Shown in pieces: positions 38,219-48,076 of a stretch of 64,000 bases of DNA. The position numbers and the translations under genes are program-made. The notes beneath the pieces were generated by a model. The model saw only the letters and a list, made by a program, of their open reading frames with translations, did not search any database and was not told the DNA's origin. Positions within the stretch are counted from its first letter, which is position 1. Each line of letters begins with the position of its first letter. This DNA is from Bdellovibrionota bacterium (GTDB lineage Bacteria > Bdellovibrionota_C > UBA2361 > CAKMMH01): the NCBI GenBank assembly GCA_050952645.1, contig JBMNLI010000014.1:10300-74299 (forward strand). The letters are read 5' to 3'.

Positions 38219-40639
38219 ATGATAAAAAAAATTTTTATATTTTCAATATTTCTTTTTACACTCTCGCTATTTATAGGTGCAGGATTTCTTGCATACGGTT
38301 ATTTCTATATAACTAGAGATTTGCCTAAATTAAATCAAATAGAAGATTATAAACCTGATGCAGTAAGTAAAGTTTTTTCAGCAGATAATGTTTTAATGGC
38401 AGAGTTTTTCGATGAAAAAGGGAGACGCTATCCTGTAAAAATTTCCGATATTCCTCCTATGGTAAGAAACGCTTTCTTAGCAGCAGAAGATGCTTCGTTT
38501 TATAAACATCCAGGGATAAATCCTTTAAGTATAATAAGAGCTCTTATTACAAATATAGTAAAAGGAGGCAAACAAGGTGGTTCAACTATTACTCAACAAG
38601 TAGTAAAAAATCTTTTACTTACTAAAGAAAAAAGTATTGAAAGAAAAATAAAGGAAGCAATTTTATCTTATAGACTTGAGGAAGCTTTTACTAAGGATGA
38701 AATTCTAGAAATGTATTTAAATGAAATTTTCTTTGGCAATAGAGCGTATGGGATTCAAGCTGCTAGCCTTGCATATTTTAGAAAAGATGTAAAAGATTTA
38801 ACTATTGCAGAGGCTGCGATGTTAGCAGGTTTGCCTAAAGCGCCATCTGCAAATTCTCCAATATCACATTTTTCAAGAGCTCAAGGAAGACAGTTTTACG
38901 TGCTAGATCAAATGAAAAAGGAAGGCTTTATTACTAATAAAGAATATAAGCAAGCTAAAAAAGAAAAATTAAAAATTTATAAAAGCGACCTTAATAAAGT
39001 TTTTTATGCACCATTTTACGCAGCTGAGGTAAGGCGTATATTCCAAGAAAAATTCCCTAGCTACAATATTGATTTAGATGGTGTAAAGATATACACGCCA
39101 TTAGATATTAAAGCTAACAAAGTGGCAAAAAAAGCACTTATTAAAGGGTTAAAAGAGATTGATAAAAGGCGTGGCTGGCGTGGTAAAATAGATAGCGTAG
39201 AGTCTTTAAAAAATGAAGATTACTTAGAAAAATATAAAGATATTTTAACTAAAGATGTGCTCCTAGGGGATATTTTGCCAGCAATGGTTTTAGATATAGA
39301 TAAAAATAAAGGGAGCATAAAATTCGTAGTAGGCGAGAAAGAGCTAAGCGTGTATGCAAAAGATTTTACTTGGGCAAATAAAAAGACGATGCCCGATGGA
39401 AGCTTAGCAAGCGTAAGCCCTATAAGAGATTTAGTAAAGGGTGATATTATAGAAGTGTCTTTTGTGAAAGAAGAAAAAGGTTTTAAGCCAATTTTAGATC
39501 AAACTCCAGATATAGAAGGAGCGATAGTTTTAATCAATCCTAAAACTGGAGAAGTAGTTTCTTTAGTTGGAGGAGCAGATTATCAAACTACTCAATTTAA
39601 TAGAGTGACGCAAGCTAAAAGACAGCCTGGCTCCGTTTTTAAGCCTATAGTTTATTTAACAGCGATAGACGCTTACGATTATACTCCTGCTACTGTCGTG
39701 TATGATACTCCTAGAACTTTTAGAGTAAACGATGATTATTGGGTGCCAAATAATTTTGATGGAAAGTTTTTAGGACCTATAACTTTAAGAGAAGCGTTGC
39801 AGAAATCGAGAAATTTAGTTTCAGTAGATATAATAAGTAGCATTGGTGTAGAATCCGTAATTCGCTATGCAAGAAAACTAGGAATAGAAAGTGATTTAGG
39901 AAAAAATTTATCATTATCTTTAGGTAGTGGAGAAGTGTCTCTCTTAGAATTAACGAGAGCTTATGGAGTATTCCCTGCAGGAGGTGTGCTTGCTAATACA
40001 ACGTTTATAACTAGAATAGAAGATAGAAATGGAAACGTTATTTACGATGTTCAAAAAGAGTTAGTAAACAATTCAAAACAGGTAATAGAGGAAGATACCG
40101 CTTTTATAATGTCGTATTTAATGAAAGGCGTTGTAGATAGCGGAACTGGTTATAGAGTTAAGGCTTTAGGACGCCCTGCGGCTGGTAAAACGGGGACTTC
40201 AAATGATTTTATGGATGCTTGGTTTATAGGATTTACTCCCGAGTGGGTAGCAGGTGTTTGGACTGGATTTGATACTAAAACGCTTATCGGAAAAAAAGAA
40301 ACTGGTGGGACGAGCGCTGCGCCTATTTGGCTTTATTTTATGAAAGATTTTTTAGAGTATGAAGAAGACAAAGCATACAAACAAGAAATCGAAGAAAGCA
40401 AAAAAGCCGCAATCGCTAAAGGAGAAGAGTTTAAAATCCCTGCTAAAAAGCAAGCTCCTAATTTTTTACCGCCTCCTAATGTAGTCCCGTATTGGATAGA
40501 TAAGAAAACTGGCGTTAGAGTTGATAAGGACACTAAAGGGGCATTCTTAGAATATTTTAAACAAGGCACGGAGCCAAACTTGCCTATGGAAGATTCTGAA
40601 AGTGAAACTATAGATTACTTAGAGCAAGTAGATTTGTAA
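38219..40639 (+). CDS. mrcA: Class A penicillin-binding protein 1A
   Basis: AEDASFYKH, QGGSTITQQ, RKIKE, SVFK, SRN, GKTGT motifs. Confidence 0.96.
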   Translation: MIKKIFIFSIFLFTLSLFIGAGFLAYGYFYITRDLPKLNQIEDYKPDAVSKVFSADNVLMAEFFDEKGRRYPVKISDIPPMVRNAFLAAEDASFYKHPGINPLSIIRALITNIVKGGKQGGSTITQQVVKNLLLTKEKSIERKIKEAILSYRLEEAFTKDEILEMYLNEIFFGNRAYGIQAASLAYFRKDVKDLTIAEAAMLAGLPKAPSANSPISHFSRAQGRQFYVLDQMKKEGFITNKEYKQAKKEKLKIYKSDLNKVFYAPFYAAEVRRIFQEKFPSYNIDLDGVKIYTPLDIKANKVAKKALIKGLKEIDKRRGWRGKIDSVESLKNEDYLEKYKDILTKDVLLGDILPAMVLDIDKNKGSIKFVVGEKELSVYAKDFTWANKKTMPDGSLASVSPIRDLVKGDIIEVSFVKEEKGFKPILDQTPDIEGAIVLINPKTGEVVSLVGGADYQTTQFNRVTQAKRQPGSVFKPIVYLTAIDAYDYTPATVVYDTPRTFRVNDDYWVPNNFDGKFLGPITLREALQKSRNLVSVDIISSIGVESVIRYARKLGIESDLGKNLSLSLGSGEVSLLELTRAYGVFPAGGVLANTTFITRIEDRNGNVIYDVQKELVNNSKQVIEEDTAFIMSYLMKGVVDSGTGYRVKALGRPAAGKTGTSNDFMDAWFIGFTPEWVAGVWTGFDTKTLIGKKETGGTSAAPIWLYFMKDFLEYEEDKAYKQEIEESKKAAIAKGEEFKIPAKKQAPNFLPPPNVVPYWIDKKTGVRVDKDTKGAFLEYFKQGTEPNLPMEDSESETIDYLEQVDL

Positions 40640-40654
40640 AGAAGCTTTCTCTTA

Positions 40655-40770
40655 AGCTCGCTCTTTTTTAGCTCGCTCTTTTTCTAGCTCGCTCTTTTTA
40701 GCTCGCTCTTTTTCTAGCTCGCTCTTTTTAGCTCGCTCTTTCTAGCTTGCTCTTTCTAGCTTGCTCTTTG
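40655..40770. repeat. Tandem array of 8 AGCT(C/T)GCTCTTT(T/C)n units (13-16 bp)
   Basis: Read directly just after the PBP1A stop; no unique spacers. Confidence 0.9.
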
Positions 40771-40852
40771 AGGGGCTTCTTTAGTTATCTTAAGTTAAAG
40801 AACTTTTAAAAAATTTTTAAGCTAATACAAATTAAGCTAACACGAAAAAAGA

Positions 40853-40967
40853 GGTTCTTTACGTTTTAGGCTTCGTTAGATTCATCTTCGTTGGATTAAG
40901 CTTCGTTAGATGATGTGTGGCACTAATTTTTTAGAATTTTAAAACCACCTTAAAACGTTAAAGAACT
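40853..40967 (+). mobile_element. MITE copy, diverged
   Basis: GGTTCTTTACGTTTT...GTGGCACTAATTTT...CACCTTAAAACGTTAAAGAACT; flanks AAAAAAGA / AAAAAATT (6/8 match). Confidence 0.82.
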
Positions 40968-41072
40968 AAAAAATTGCTATTTCACTACTATTCTCGCTTG
41001 TATTCTCGTTTGGCTCTTATTTATTCTTATTCTTCTTGCCATTCTTAGCTATTCTTTTAGCTATTCTCTTAG

Positions 41073-42881
41073 CTATTCTTTGCTATTCTCATCTTCATAA
41101 TCATCATAACCGTCGTTGTTATTTTCGTTATTATTTTCACTGTTATCTTCATTACTATTTTCATCATCATTTTCATAATCATTTTCATTTTCAGTGTCAT
41201 TTTCAGCATCTTCGCCTTGCCCATCTTCCCTTGGAATATTGATAGTAGTTGCTCTTTTAAAGCATATTGTGTTTCCATTAAATAGAGCATCTTTTAAGCT
41301 GTTTTCTATTTCGTCTGCTATATCTTCTTGAAAATCAACGAATGAGTAAATATTTCTCAAGCTAAATCTTTTAATTTTATCTGCATACTCGCTAGCAAAT
41401 TCTTTTAAAATATTTATAAAAGCATCTTCTGAGAAATTATCATTATCGCCAAGTCCTATATAAAATCTAACATCTTTTATTTGAGGTTCACGTTTATAGT
41501 TAGCACTTTTTTCTTCCTTTTGTAGTTCATTTGCAGAAGAAAAATTTTGTTCTTTATACGATCTATTTTCAGGCCTATTTTCAAACTTCTTTCTTCTATC
41601 TTTTCTATTGCCGTAGGAAGAACTTTCCGATACTTTTATTAAAGAATTGTAAATCATATATTTTATAATATCATCTTTTCTATCCGATTCATTTAATAAT
41701 TGATAGTAAATTTCTAGCTTTTCATTAATATCTTCTGCTTCAGAAATTTTGCTTTCATTGATACTCTTAACATAATTATCGAAACGAGCCTTGCAAACCT
41801 CAGCTACTGTGGGAAGTTGCACTTCAACGATATCAAAATCTAAGCCTTTTCTAACTTGATGAAAATTTATTAAATCTAGTGGGTGAATAAAATTTATTAC
41901 TTTCTTTAAATATCCCTTTTCATTAGTTTTACCCATTCTCGATAAATAGGTATCGCAATTTTCAGGTGTGGAATAATTTATAACGAGCTCTAGATTCCTA
42001 ACATTAATTTGTTTTGCCCCGATATCTGTAGCGATAATTGCATTGATAGCACCATTTTCTAGATCGTTTAATGCGTTCATAACTCTTGAATAATAGGCGT
42101 TGCCTATAAGTTTAGTAGTGCGCATACCATTTTTATTTAAAACCGCTTCAACCATATCTGTATCTGAGGGTTGGTTGCAAAAGATGATTGTCGCAGGTCT
42201 TCCTTGAATTTCTAAAATATCGCATAGTGCATTAAGCTTTGCAGTAAGTTCGGCTCCAAGCATACAAAAATAGTGTTCCGTTTTTACAACCTCTTCCTTT
42301 CCAGCACTTTCGCTAGCGATTCGCGTTTTTACATCTCTAAAAGCTTTTTCAAGTTCATGAGAGATTTCTCTGTTGCAAATAAGCACTTGAGCATCTTTGT
42401 TTAAGCTTTTGATTTTTGTAATGGTATCTATTATTAGCTTGTTATTCTCTTCATTTTCTTCAATACTATCAAAAATTAAAGTATCGATATCTTCTAAATT
42501 ATTTTTACCTTTCTTAAAAGTATCGAGTGAAAGGATTTCTACTTTAAAATTTTTATTATCAAATAAATTTAATTTAGAAAATTCCTCAACTATTCTATCT
42601 TTTGAATCATTATCAGCAACGATTAATGTTTGGTAATTTTCATTATTTATCTTATAAAAAGCTAATAATAAACCACACATTAAAGTTTTTCCACTTAGAG
42701 AATCGCCTTGAATTAAATAGTCTTTTTTGTTTATAATTTCTGGTAAAATTTTTGCTTGTAGAAATGTAGCTTCAGCAATTCCTAAGCTTTCGATTAAATT
42801 TAATATTTCTTGATTATTAAAAATTTTTTCAAAATTAAAATTTATTCTTCCTTTGTTTCGTCCTTTTTCTTCTTGTTGCAT
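41073..42881 (-). CDS. DEAD-box helicase-like protein with degenerate motifs and DbpA/CsdA-type RNA-binding domain
   Basis: ATFLQ, SGKT, IIFCN, ATDIGA, VINY retained; DEAD reads DSIE; C-terminal RFYIGLG...YSFVDF; acidic tail. Confidence 0.82.
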   Translation of the reverse strand: MQQEEKGRNKGRINFNFEKIFNNQEILNLIESLGIAEATFLQAKILPEIINKKDYLIQGDSLSGKTLMCGLLLAFYKINNENYQTLIVADNDSKDRIVEEFSKLNLFDNKNFKVEILSLDTFKKGKNNLEDIDTLIFDSIEENEENNKLIIDTITKIKSLNKDAQVLICNREISHELEKAFRDVKTRIASESAGKEEVVKTEHYFCMLGAELTAKLNALCDILEIQGRPATIIFCNQPSDTDMVEAVLNKNGMRTTKLIGNAYYSRVMNALNDLENGAINAIIATDIGAKQINVRNLELVINYSTPENCDTYLSRMGKTNEKGYLKKVINFIHPLDLINFHQVRKGLDFDIVEVQLPTVAEVCKARFDNYVKSINESKISEAEDINEKLEIYYQLLNESDRKDDIIKYMIYNSLIKVSESSSYGNRKDRRKKFENRPENRSYKEQNFSSANELQKEEKSANYKREPQIKDVRFYIGLGDNDNFSEDAFINILKEFASEYADKIKRFSLRNIYSFVDFQEDIADEIENSLKDALFNGNTICFKRATTINIPREDGQGEDAENDTENENDYENDDENSNEDNSENNNENNNDGYDDYEDENSKE

Positions 42882-43371
42882 ATGTTATCCTAAATAAAAT
42901 TATAATTTATTGTTTGTTATATTGATCATTATCAATAATCAATAGTTTTAAAATTAGTTATAAAACTAAAAATCTCTAAATTAAGCTATAACGATATCAG
43001 CTATAATGATATCAGCTATAACGATATTGACGGTGCCTAGATGATACTTAAAATGATAATAAACAATAATATAATTAAAAAATAATAAATAATATAATAA
43101 ATAATAAAGTCTTAATATAAATCAATCAAAAATTAAACGTAATTTTATATAATCTTAATATAATTATCTTTATATAATAATTATTTTTATATAATCAATG
43201 TATAGCAGAAAGATATATAACTTTATATATCTGTTTTTTTATATAAGACTTAAAATATAATATAACAAAATTATTGCATCTTGTCATTATGTCATATATT
43301 GAAATTTTTTCAAATATTTGTAATAGTTAAATGTAAGTTTTTTCCTAAAATAAAATTTTAAAAAACATATT

Positions 43372-44709
43372 ATGAATAAAATTAAATATATATTATTTTT
43401 TATATGTGCTTTTTTTTTCGTTTCGTGTGCCCAATTAAAGCCAGTGCCTAAAGAAAGGTATATAAATAAAAATTCAAACTATAATAAGCACTATAATAGG
43501 CAGTATAGTGATAATAGTAATAAACAATTAAACACTACATCTAATACTACTAATACTTTAGTAAGTAGCACTTTAGTAGGTAATAATCAAGCAAGATACA
43601 GTGGCGGATATAAAGTAGGAAGCGAAGCGGACACGCAAAGCGAAAGCGCTAAAGATGTAGGCGAAAGCACAAACTCCACACTAGATCATTTAAAAGAAGT
43701 AGCAAGAGAAAACAAAAAAGAGTTTTTTAGTGAAAATAATGATTATGCAGTATCTCCATCGGTTCCTAAGGGAATTTTCACGGTTAGAAATACTAATTTT
43801 ATAACGGTTGGAGAAAAGGGAGATGTTTGGCTTTGGAGTGCAAATTTAAAAAATAGAAGTCACGTTGAAAATTTGGGAACTTGTGTAGATAGAGTAGACT
43901 TAGACCATAATACGCTCGCTTTATTTTGGTCATGCGGAGCTAAGCTCTATACAAAAGAGCTATTAAACGATAAATCTGTAATATCGCTAGATAGAATAAA
44001 AACTAGAGCTAGTGCTTTTACAGTATTTAATAATGCAACGCAATTTTTAGTAGGTGGGGCAGATGGGAAGTTGTATAGGTGGGAAAGCCCTTTAAAGATA
44101 AATATTACAGATTTTAATAATTTTGAAAGATACACGGCGCACTCAACCGTAGTGAGTGCCGTGGCGTTCCATCCTGAGGGGAGAGTCTTTTTTTCGGGAG
44201 ATTGGCAAGGCAAGTTTAAAGCTTGGATCTCTTATAAGGAAGATGAGTTTTCTGGAAAATATGATGAAAATTTATTTGGAGGAAGATTTTTTGAAGAAGG
44301 TTCTATGGTAAAAGACTCAGGAAGAGTAGGAGGAAGTATTGAGAAAATTGTGGTTAGTCCTAATGGAGATTACGTTTTGTTAGGTCTTCAAAATTCGATT
44401 ATAGAGATTTGGAAGCTACGTTCTTTTAAAAAAGTTTTAGATTTTTCAGCTAGTGATTTAAGGCTATTAGATGCCAAGTTTGTTTCTAATAACCAGTTTA
44501 TTACTTTAGCTAGAGATAATAAAATTAAGTTGTGGCAATTTGATGAGATAAAAGATGATTTAGGAGATAGCGATTTTAAAGAAATGCTAATAGGAGAAAA
44601 AGAGTTAGAGGAGCCAGTTTTACTTTACGTCGCTAAAACTAGTGAAATTCTTTTTGCAGATGAAAAGGGCGACTTAAAAAATGTAGATAGCGTAATTGCA
44701 GTAGACTAG
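43372..44709 (+). CDS. WD40/beta-propeller lipoprotein
   Basis: Lipobox FVSC; GGADGKLYRW, AHSTVVSAVAFHPEG, RDNKIKLW repeats. Confidence 0.85.
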   Translation: MNKIKYILFFICAFFFVSCAQLKPVPKERYINKNSNYNKHYNRQYSDNSNKQLNTTSNTTNTLVSSTLVGNNQARYSGGYKVGSEADTQSESAKDVGESTNSTLDHLKEVARENKKEFFSENNDYAVSPSVPKGIFTVRNTNFITVGEKGDVWLWSANLKNRSHVENLGTCVDRVDLDHNTLALFWSCGAKLYTKELLNDKSVISLDRIKTRASAFTVFNNATQFLVGGADGKLYRWESPLKINITDFNNFERYTAHSTVVSAVAFHPEGRVFFSGDWQGKFKAWISYKEDEFSGKYDENLFGGRFFEEGSMVKDSGRVGGSIEKIVVSPNGDYVLLGLQNSIIEIWKLRSFKKVLDFSASDLRLLDAKFVSNNQFITLARDNKIKLWQFDEIKDDLGDSDFKEMLIGEKELEEPVLLYVAKTSEILFADEKGDLKNVDSVIAVD

Positions 44710-44820
44710 TTTATATAATTTTGTTTAGTGATTTTTACCTTATAAACTTTTTTGTGCATATGTATAATTGGCAAATACGATTATTAAATATTTTATTAAA
44801 TACTATTGATAAATAAAGTT

Positions 44821-45342
44821 ATGAAGAAAATATTATTTTTAGTCATTTTTATAACGAGTGTTGTGTTAGATTTTATATCGAAAAGTTTTGTAGTAGATTA
44901 TTTTAAAAATAGCGATACTCATTTTGTTCCCGTTATAAAAAATTTTTTAAATATAGGCTTAACGTTTAACGAGGGAGTAGCTTTTGGTTTTATGACGACT
45001 TGGAGTCCTAATGTAAGATTATTTGCTTTAATCGTTACTAGTGTTATAGCGTTTAGTGTTCTACTATATTTTTTATTTGTAGTTTATAGAGATAATAAAA
45101 TAGCTGTAGCTTTTCTTGCTTTAATTTTTGGGGGAGCGGTTGGAAATATTATCGATAGGTTTCGCTATGGAGCGGTCGTAGATTTTATCGATATATATTA
45201 CAAGCAATACCACTGGCCAATGTTTAATTTAGCAGATTCTTTTATTTGCATAGGTGTTTTCGTTTTGATTTTTTTACCTCATGAGACTAAAGAGATAACA
45301 AAAGTAGAGATGGACGTGGATATGGGAAAAGATATTAAGTAA
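44821..45342 (+). CDS. lspA: Lipoprotein signal peptidase II
   Basis: NEGVAFG, GAVGNIIDR, VVDFI, FNLAD. Confidence 0.97.
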   Translation: MKKILFLVIFITSVVLDFISKSFVVDYFKNSDTHFVPVIKNFLNIGLTFNEGVAFGFMTTWSPNVRLFALIVTSVIAFSVLLYFLFVVYRDNKIAVAFLALIFGGAVGNIIDRFRYGAVVDFIDIYYKQYHWPMFNLADSFICIGVFVLIFLPHETKEITKVEMDVDMGKDIK

Positions 45343-45393
45343 AGACTTTTTTATATTGTGATTTATAACTTTTTGTCCAGCGGATTGTCAACT

Positions 45394-45465
45394 TTCTTTT
45401 AGGCTCTGTGTGTGAAGAGATACTAATTTTTGAGGATTAAAAACCATTTTAAAGCGTGAAGAACT
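45394..45465 (+). mobile_element. MITE copy, right half
   Basis: TTTTAGGCTCTGTG...GAGATACTAATTTT...TTAAAGCGTGAAGAACT. Confidence 0.75.
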
Positions 45466-45497
45466 AATTTTTAATTTATATTTTTTTCATTACTTTA

Positions 45498-47072
45498 GTG
45501 TGTTATATTTTTTTTATGAATAGTAATCTTGTTAAGAAAATTTTTAAAATATTAGAAAAATCTTTATATATTTTACTTATCTTGGTGTATACATACTTTT
45601 TTGTGTTAAGATTAGGTTTTGAGTTTAGATTTCCCATAGCTTACGATTCCCCAGATTTTCAGGCTATAGGGCGTGGCATAGTAAATGGTTTTTATCCATT
45701 TAGAGATTTTTGGGAAGTTAAACCGATTGGCATTTATTTATTACATTATATTTCTTATAGTTTAACGGATACTTTAATAATTTCTCATGTTTTTTTAATA
45801 TTTTGTTATATATCATTATTCCTTTTCCCAATTATTTTTTTTCTTATAAAAGTTCCTAGAAAAAAAAGAACTTTATCTCTTTTCGTTATTTCAGTTGCAT
45901 TAGGCTCATTAGTAGCGGTATATGCTGATTTAAGAGGAGGAAGATTGCTTCCAGATATTTTTGGAATATTTTTTTCTTGTCTCTATATTTTATTTATAAA
46001 CTCATCTTTTTTTATAAAGAAACGAAAATTATCATATTTTATCGCTGGGTTTTTAATGTGCATCGCTTGCAATTTTAAGGAACCATATTTATTTTCTATA
46101 ATTGCATCAAGTTTAATTTTTTCAAACTCATTTAAAGATTTTTTAAGAAAATTTTTTATCCCATTTTTAGTAGCATGCGTATTAGGTGGAGTTTTTTTAT
46201 TATCGTTAGGTTTATTAAAGGATTATTTTGAATATTTATATTATATGGTTTTTTTTCTTAGTGTAGCAGATGGTAATAATATATTTATGCGAACATTTAT
46301 AAATATAAATCATATTTTTAATAATTTAAATTTAGCTTTTAAATTTTCAGGTTTTGTATTTTATTTGTTATTTCTTTTCCCATTTATAGAGGTTACGCAA
46401 AAATATAAAAATATAGCAAATAGGAAAAAATATATTTTAATAAGATTTTTAGTTTTAATTTTTGCTCTATATCTTACTGTAATGGCAGTTCGTTCTAGTG
46501 GCTATCACTACTCTCAGCATAATAGTTTTGCAGTTCCATTTATTTTTGCATTAAGTTTATATTTTATAAAGAATGTAATAAATTTTAAAAATGATTTTCG
46601 TAAAATATATATTTTCGTTTTTAATATTATATTAACTATTACTCTGTTTTTTTTACCTATAAAAGGAATCGTAATAGAAGATTGGAGTGATATGTTTTTA
46701 TGCAAAAATATAAAAGATGAAGCAGAATATATAGATAATGTATTAGACAAATTAGATGAGAAGACTTACGTTTTTTTAGGTTCTTGTGGGCATCATATTT
46801 TGGGTTTTACTAGACATTCCCCTAAAGGGAAATATGCATTTCAAGTTCGAAATTGGAATGCCGAAAAGCTTCCAAACTTTTATGAAAGTATAGTCGATAA
46901 TGTGAAAAATGCTAAATTAGTCGTTTTTGATAGCTACTTTAATAAAAAACTTCAATATCAAATAGAGCCAATTTTAAATAATGCTTTTACTACCGACATC
47001 CCTAATTCACTTAAAGGTATTAAAAAACCTTATTCTAGATATAAAATATATTTTAGTAAGAAAATATCTTAA
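45498..47072 (+). CDS. Polytopic membrane protein, probable GT-C (ArnT/PMT-like) glycosyltransferase
   Basis: Ten or more TM segments; first-loop D followed by PFRDFWEVKP; NFKEP; start may be ATG 45516. Confidence 0.65.
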   Translation: MCYIFFMNSNLVKKIFKILEKSLYILLILVYTYFFVLRLGFEFRFPIAYDSPDFQAIGRGIVNGFYPFRDFWEVKPIGIYLLHYISYSLTDTLIISHVFLIFCYISLFLFPIIFFLIKVPRKKRTLSLFVISVALGSLVAVYADLRGGRLLPDIFGIFFSCLYILFINSSFFIKKRKLSYFIAGFLMCIACNFKEPYLFSIIASSLIFSNSFKDFLRKFFIPFLVACVLGGVFLLSLGLLKDYFEYLYYMVFFLSVADGNNIFMRTFININHIFNNLNLAFKFSGFVFYLLFLFPFIEVTQKYKNIANRKKYILIRFLVLIFALYLTVMAVRSSGYHYSQHNSFAVPFIFALSLYFIKNVINFKNDFRKIYIFVFNIILTITLFFLPIKGIVIEDWSDMFLCKNIKDEAEYIDNVLDKLDEKTYVFLGSCGHHILGFTRHSPKGKYAFQVRNWNAEKLPNFYESIVDNVKNAKLVVFDSYFNKKLQYQIEPILNNAFTTDIPNSLKGIKKPYSRYKIYFSKKIS

Positions 47073-47139
47073 CTATTCTTTTTAAGTCTGTAAGTTTGTA
47101 ATAAAAACTGATTTAAAAGCTTTTTAGATGTAGCATAGA

Positions 47140-47259
47140 GTGCTGTTCGAGCGTGTTTGTAAAAAGCTGTTTTATTCTGACTTCGCCAATGAGGCACCCA
47201 AGAATTTTAAATTAAAATTTACGATAATTGCTTACATTCATAGACGTGGTCAGCGATAA
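47140..47259 (+). other. 39-codon ORF or 3' gene remnant
   Basis: GTG...VLFERVCKKLFYSDFANEAPKNFKLKFTIIAYIHRRGQR*, ending about 10 nt before a terminator; no clear RBS. Confidence 0.35.
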
Positions 47260-47268
47260 TCCAATATT

Positions 47269-47307
47269 GAGCTCCTTAAGATACATGTTTTAAGAGGCTC
47301 TTTTTTT
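47269..47307 (+). terminator. Intrinsic terminator resembling 13390-13422
   Basis: GAGCTCCTTAAGATA-CA-TGTTTTAAGAGGCTC followed by T7. Confidence 0.8.
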
Positions 47308-47456
47308 ATCTTTTTTTATCTACTTTTATCTATTAGTTTTATTTACTAGCTTTAAAATATCTATTGTGCATATTTTCTTGTTCTTGTAAACTTAGACTTG
47401 CAGTTTAGCCTTAATACGTTCTAGTATAAGGCAAGATAGAGATTTTTAAAAATTGT

Positions 47457-47601
47457 AGTTCTTACACGTTTTAAGCGAATTAGAAAAATTGTTTTAGGTT
47501 AGCTTAAAAGAAACGAATGAAACTAGTGGAAATTTTCTTTAGGCTAGTGTGGTAAGTGGTGCTAAATTTATGAGCTTAAATATTTTTAAATGTGCAAGAC
47601 T
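47457..47601 (+). mobile_element. MITE copy, diverged and longer
   Basis: AGTTCTTACACGTTTTAAG..TTAGAAAAATTGTTTT...GTGGTGCTAAATTT...AAATGTGCAAGACT. Confidence 0.75.
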
Positions 47602-47646
47602 TATATATTTAATCATTAGTAATATTTAATTATTATAAGAGTAATT

Positions 47647-47916
47647 ATGAATAAAATATTGTCGTTATTGTCGTTATCCATTTTGTTATTTATGCTCGCT
47701 TCTTGCTCAGTAGGTAGCGATGTAGAACGTTTGCCATCTCGAAGCGTCGGAAACTTAATCGTCGATACTCCAGATGAACAAAAAAAAGAACTTACAGAAC
47801 AAGAAAAAGTTTTTTATCTCCAACAAAAAGAAAGAGATAGACAACAAAAAGATATCGAAGATTTAGAACGGCAAAGATTTTATAATGAAAAAATTAAGAA
47901 TTACGGTTTAGAATAA
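47647..47916 (+). CDS. Small lipoprotein
   Basis: Lipobox LASC; charged helical C-terminus. Confidence 0.8.
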   Translation: MNKILSLLSLSILLFMLASCSVGSDVERLPSRSVGNLIVDTPDEQKKELTEQEKVFYLQQKERDRQQKDIEDLERQRFYNEKIKNYGLE

Positions 47917-48076
47917 ATATAAAAAAATAGAGTAAATATAAAAAAAGCTTTAACAATAATAGTTTGAAAAAAAAGTTTTAATATCGTTTGCTGTTTTTAT
48001 GAATAAGTTTTATTTAAAGTGATGTTTTTTGTTTTTAAGAAATTTTTTTTAAAATAATAATTAGGAAATAAAAAAG

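Noticed and set aside
40655..40770. Possible CRISPR array
   Set aside because: Units are 13-16 bp and contiguous with no unique spacers; no cas genes in the window.
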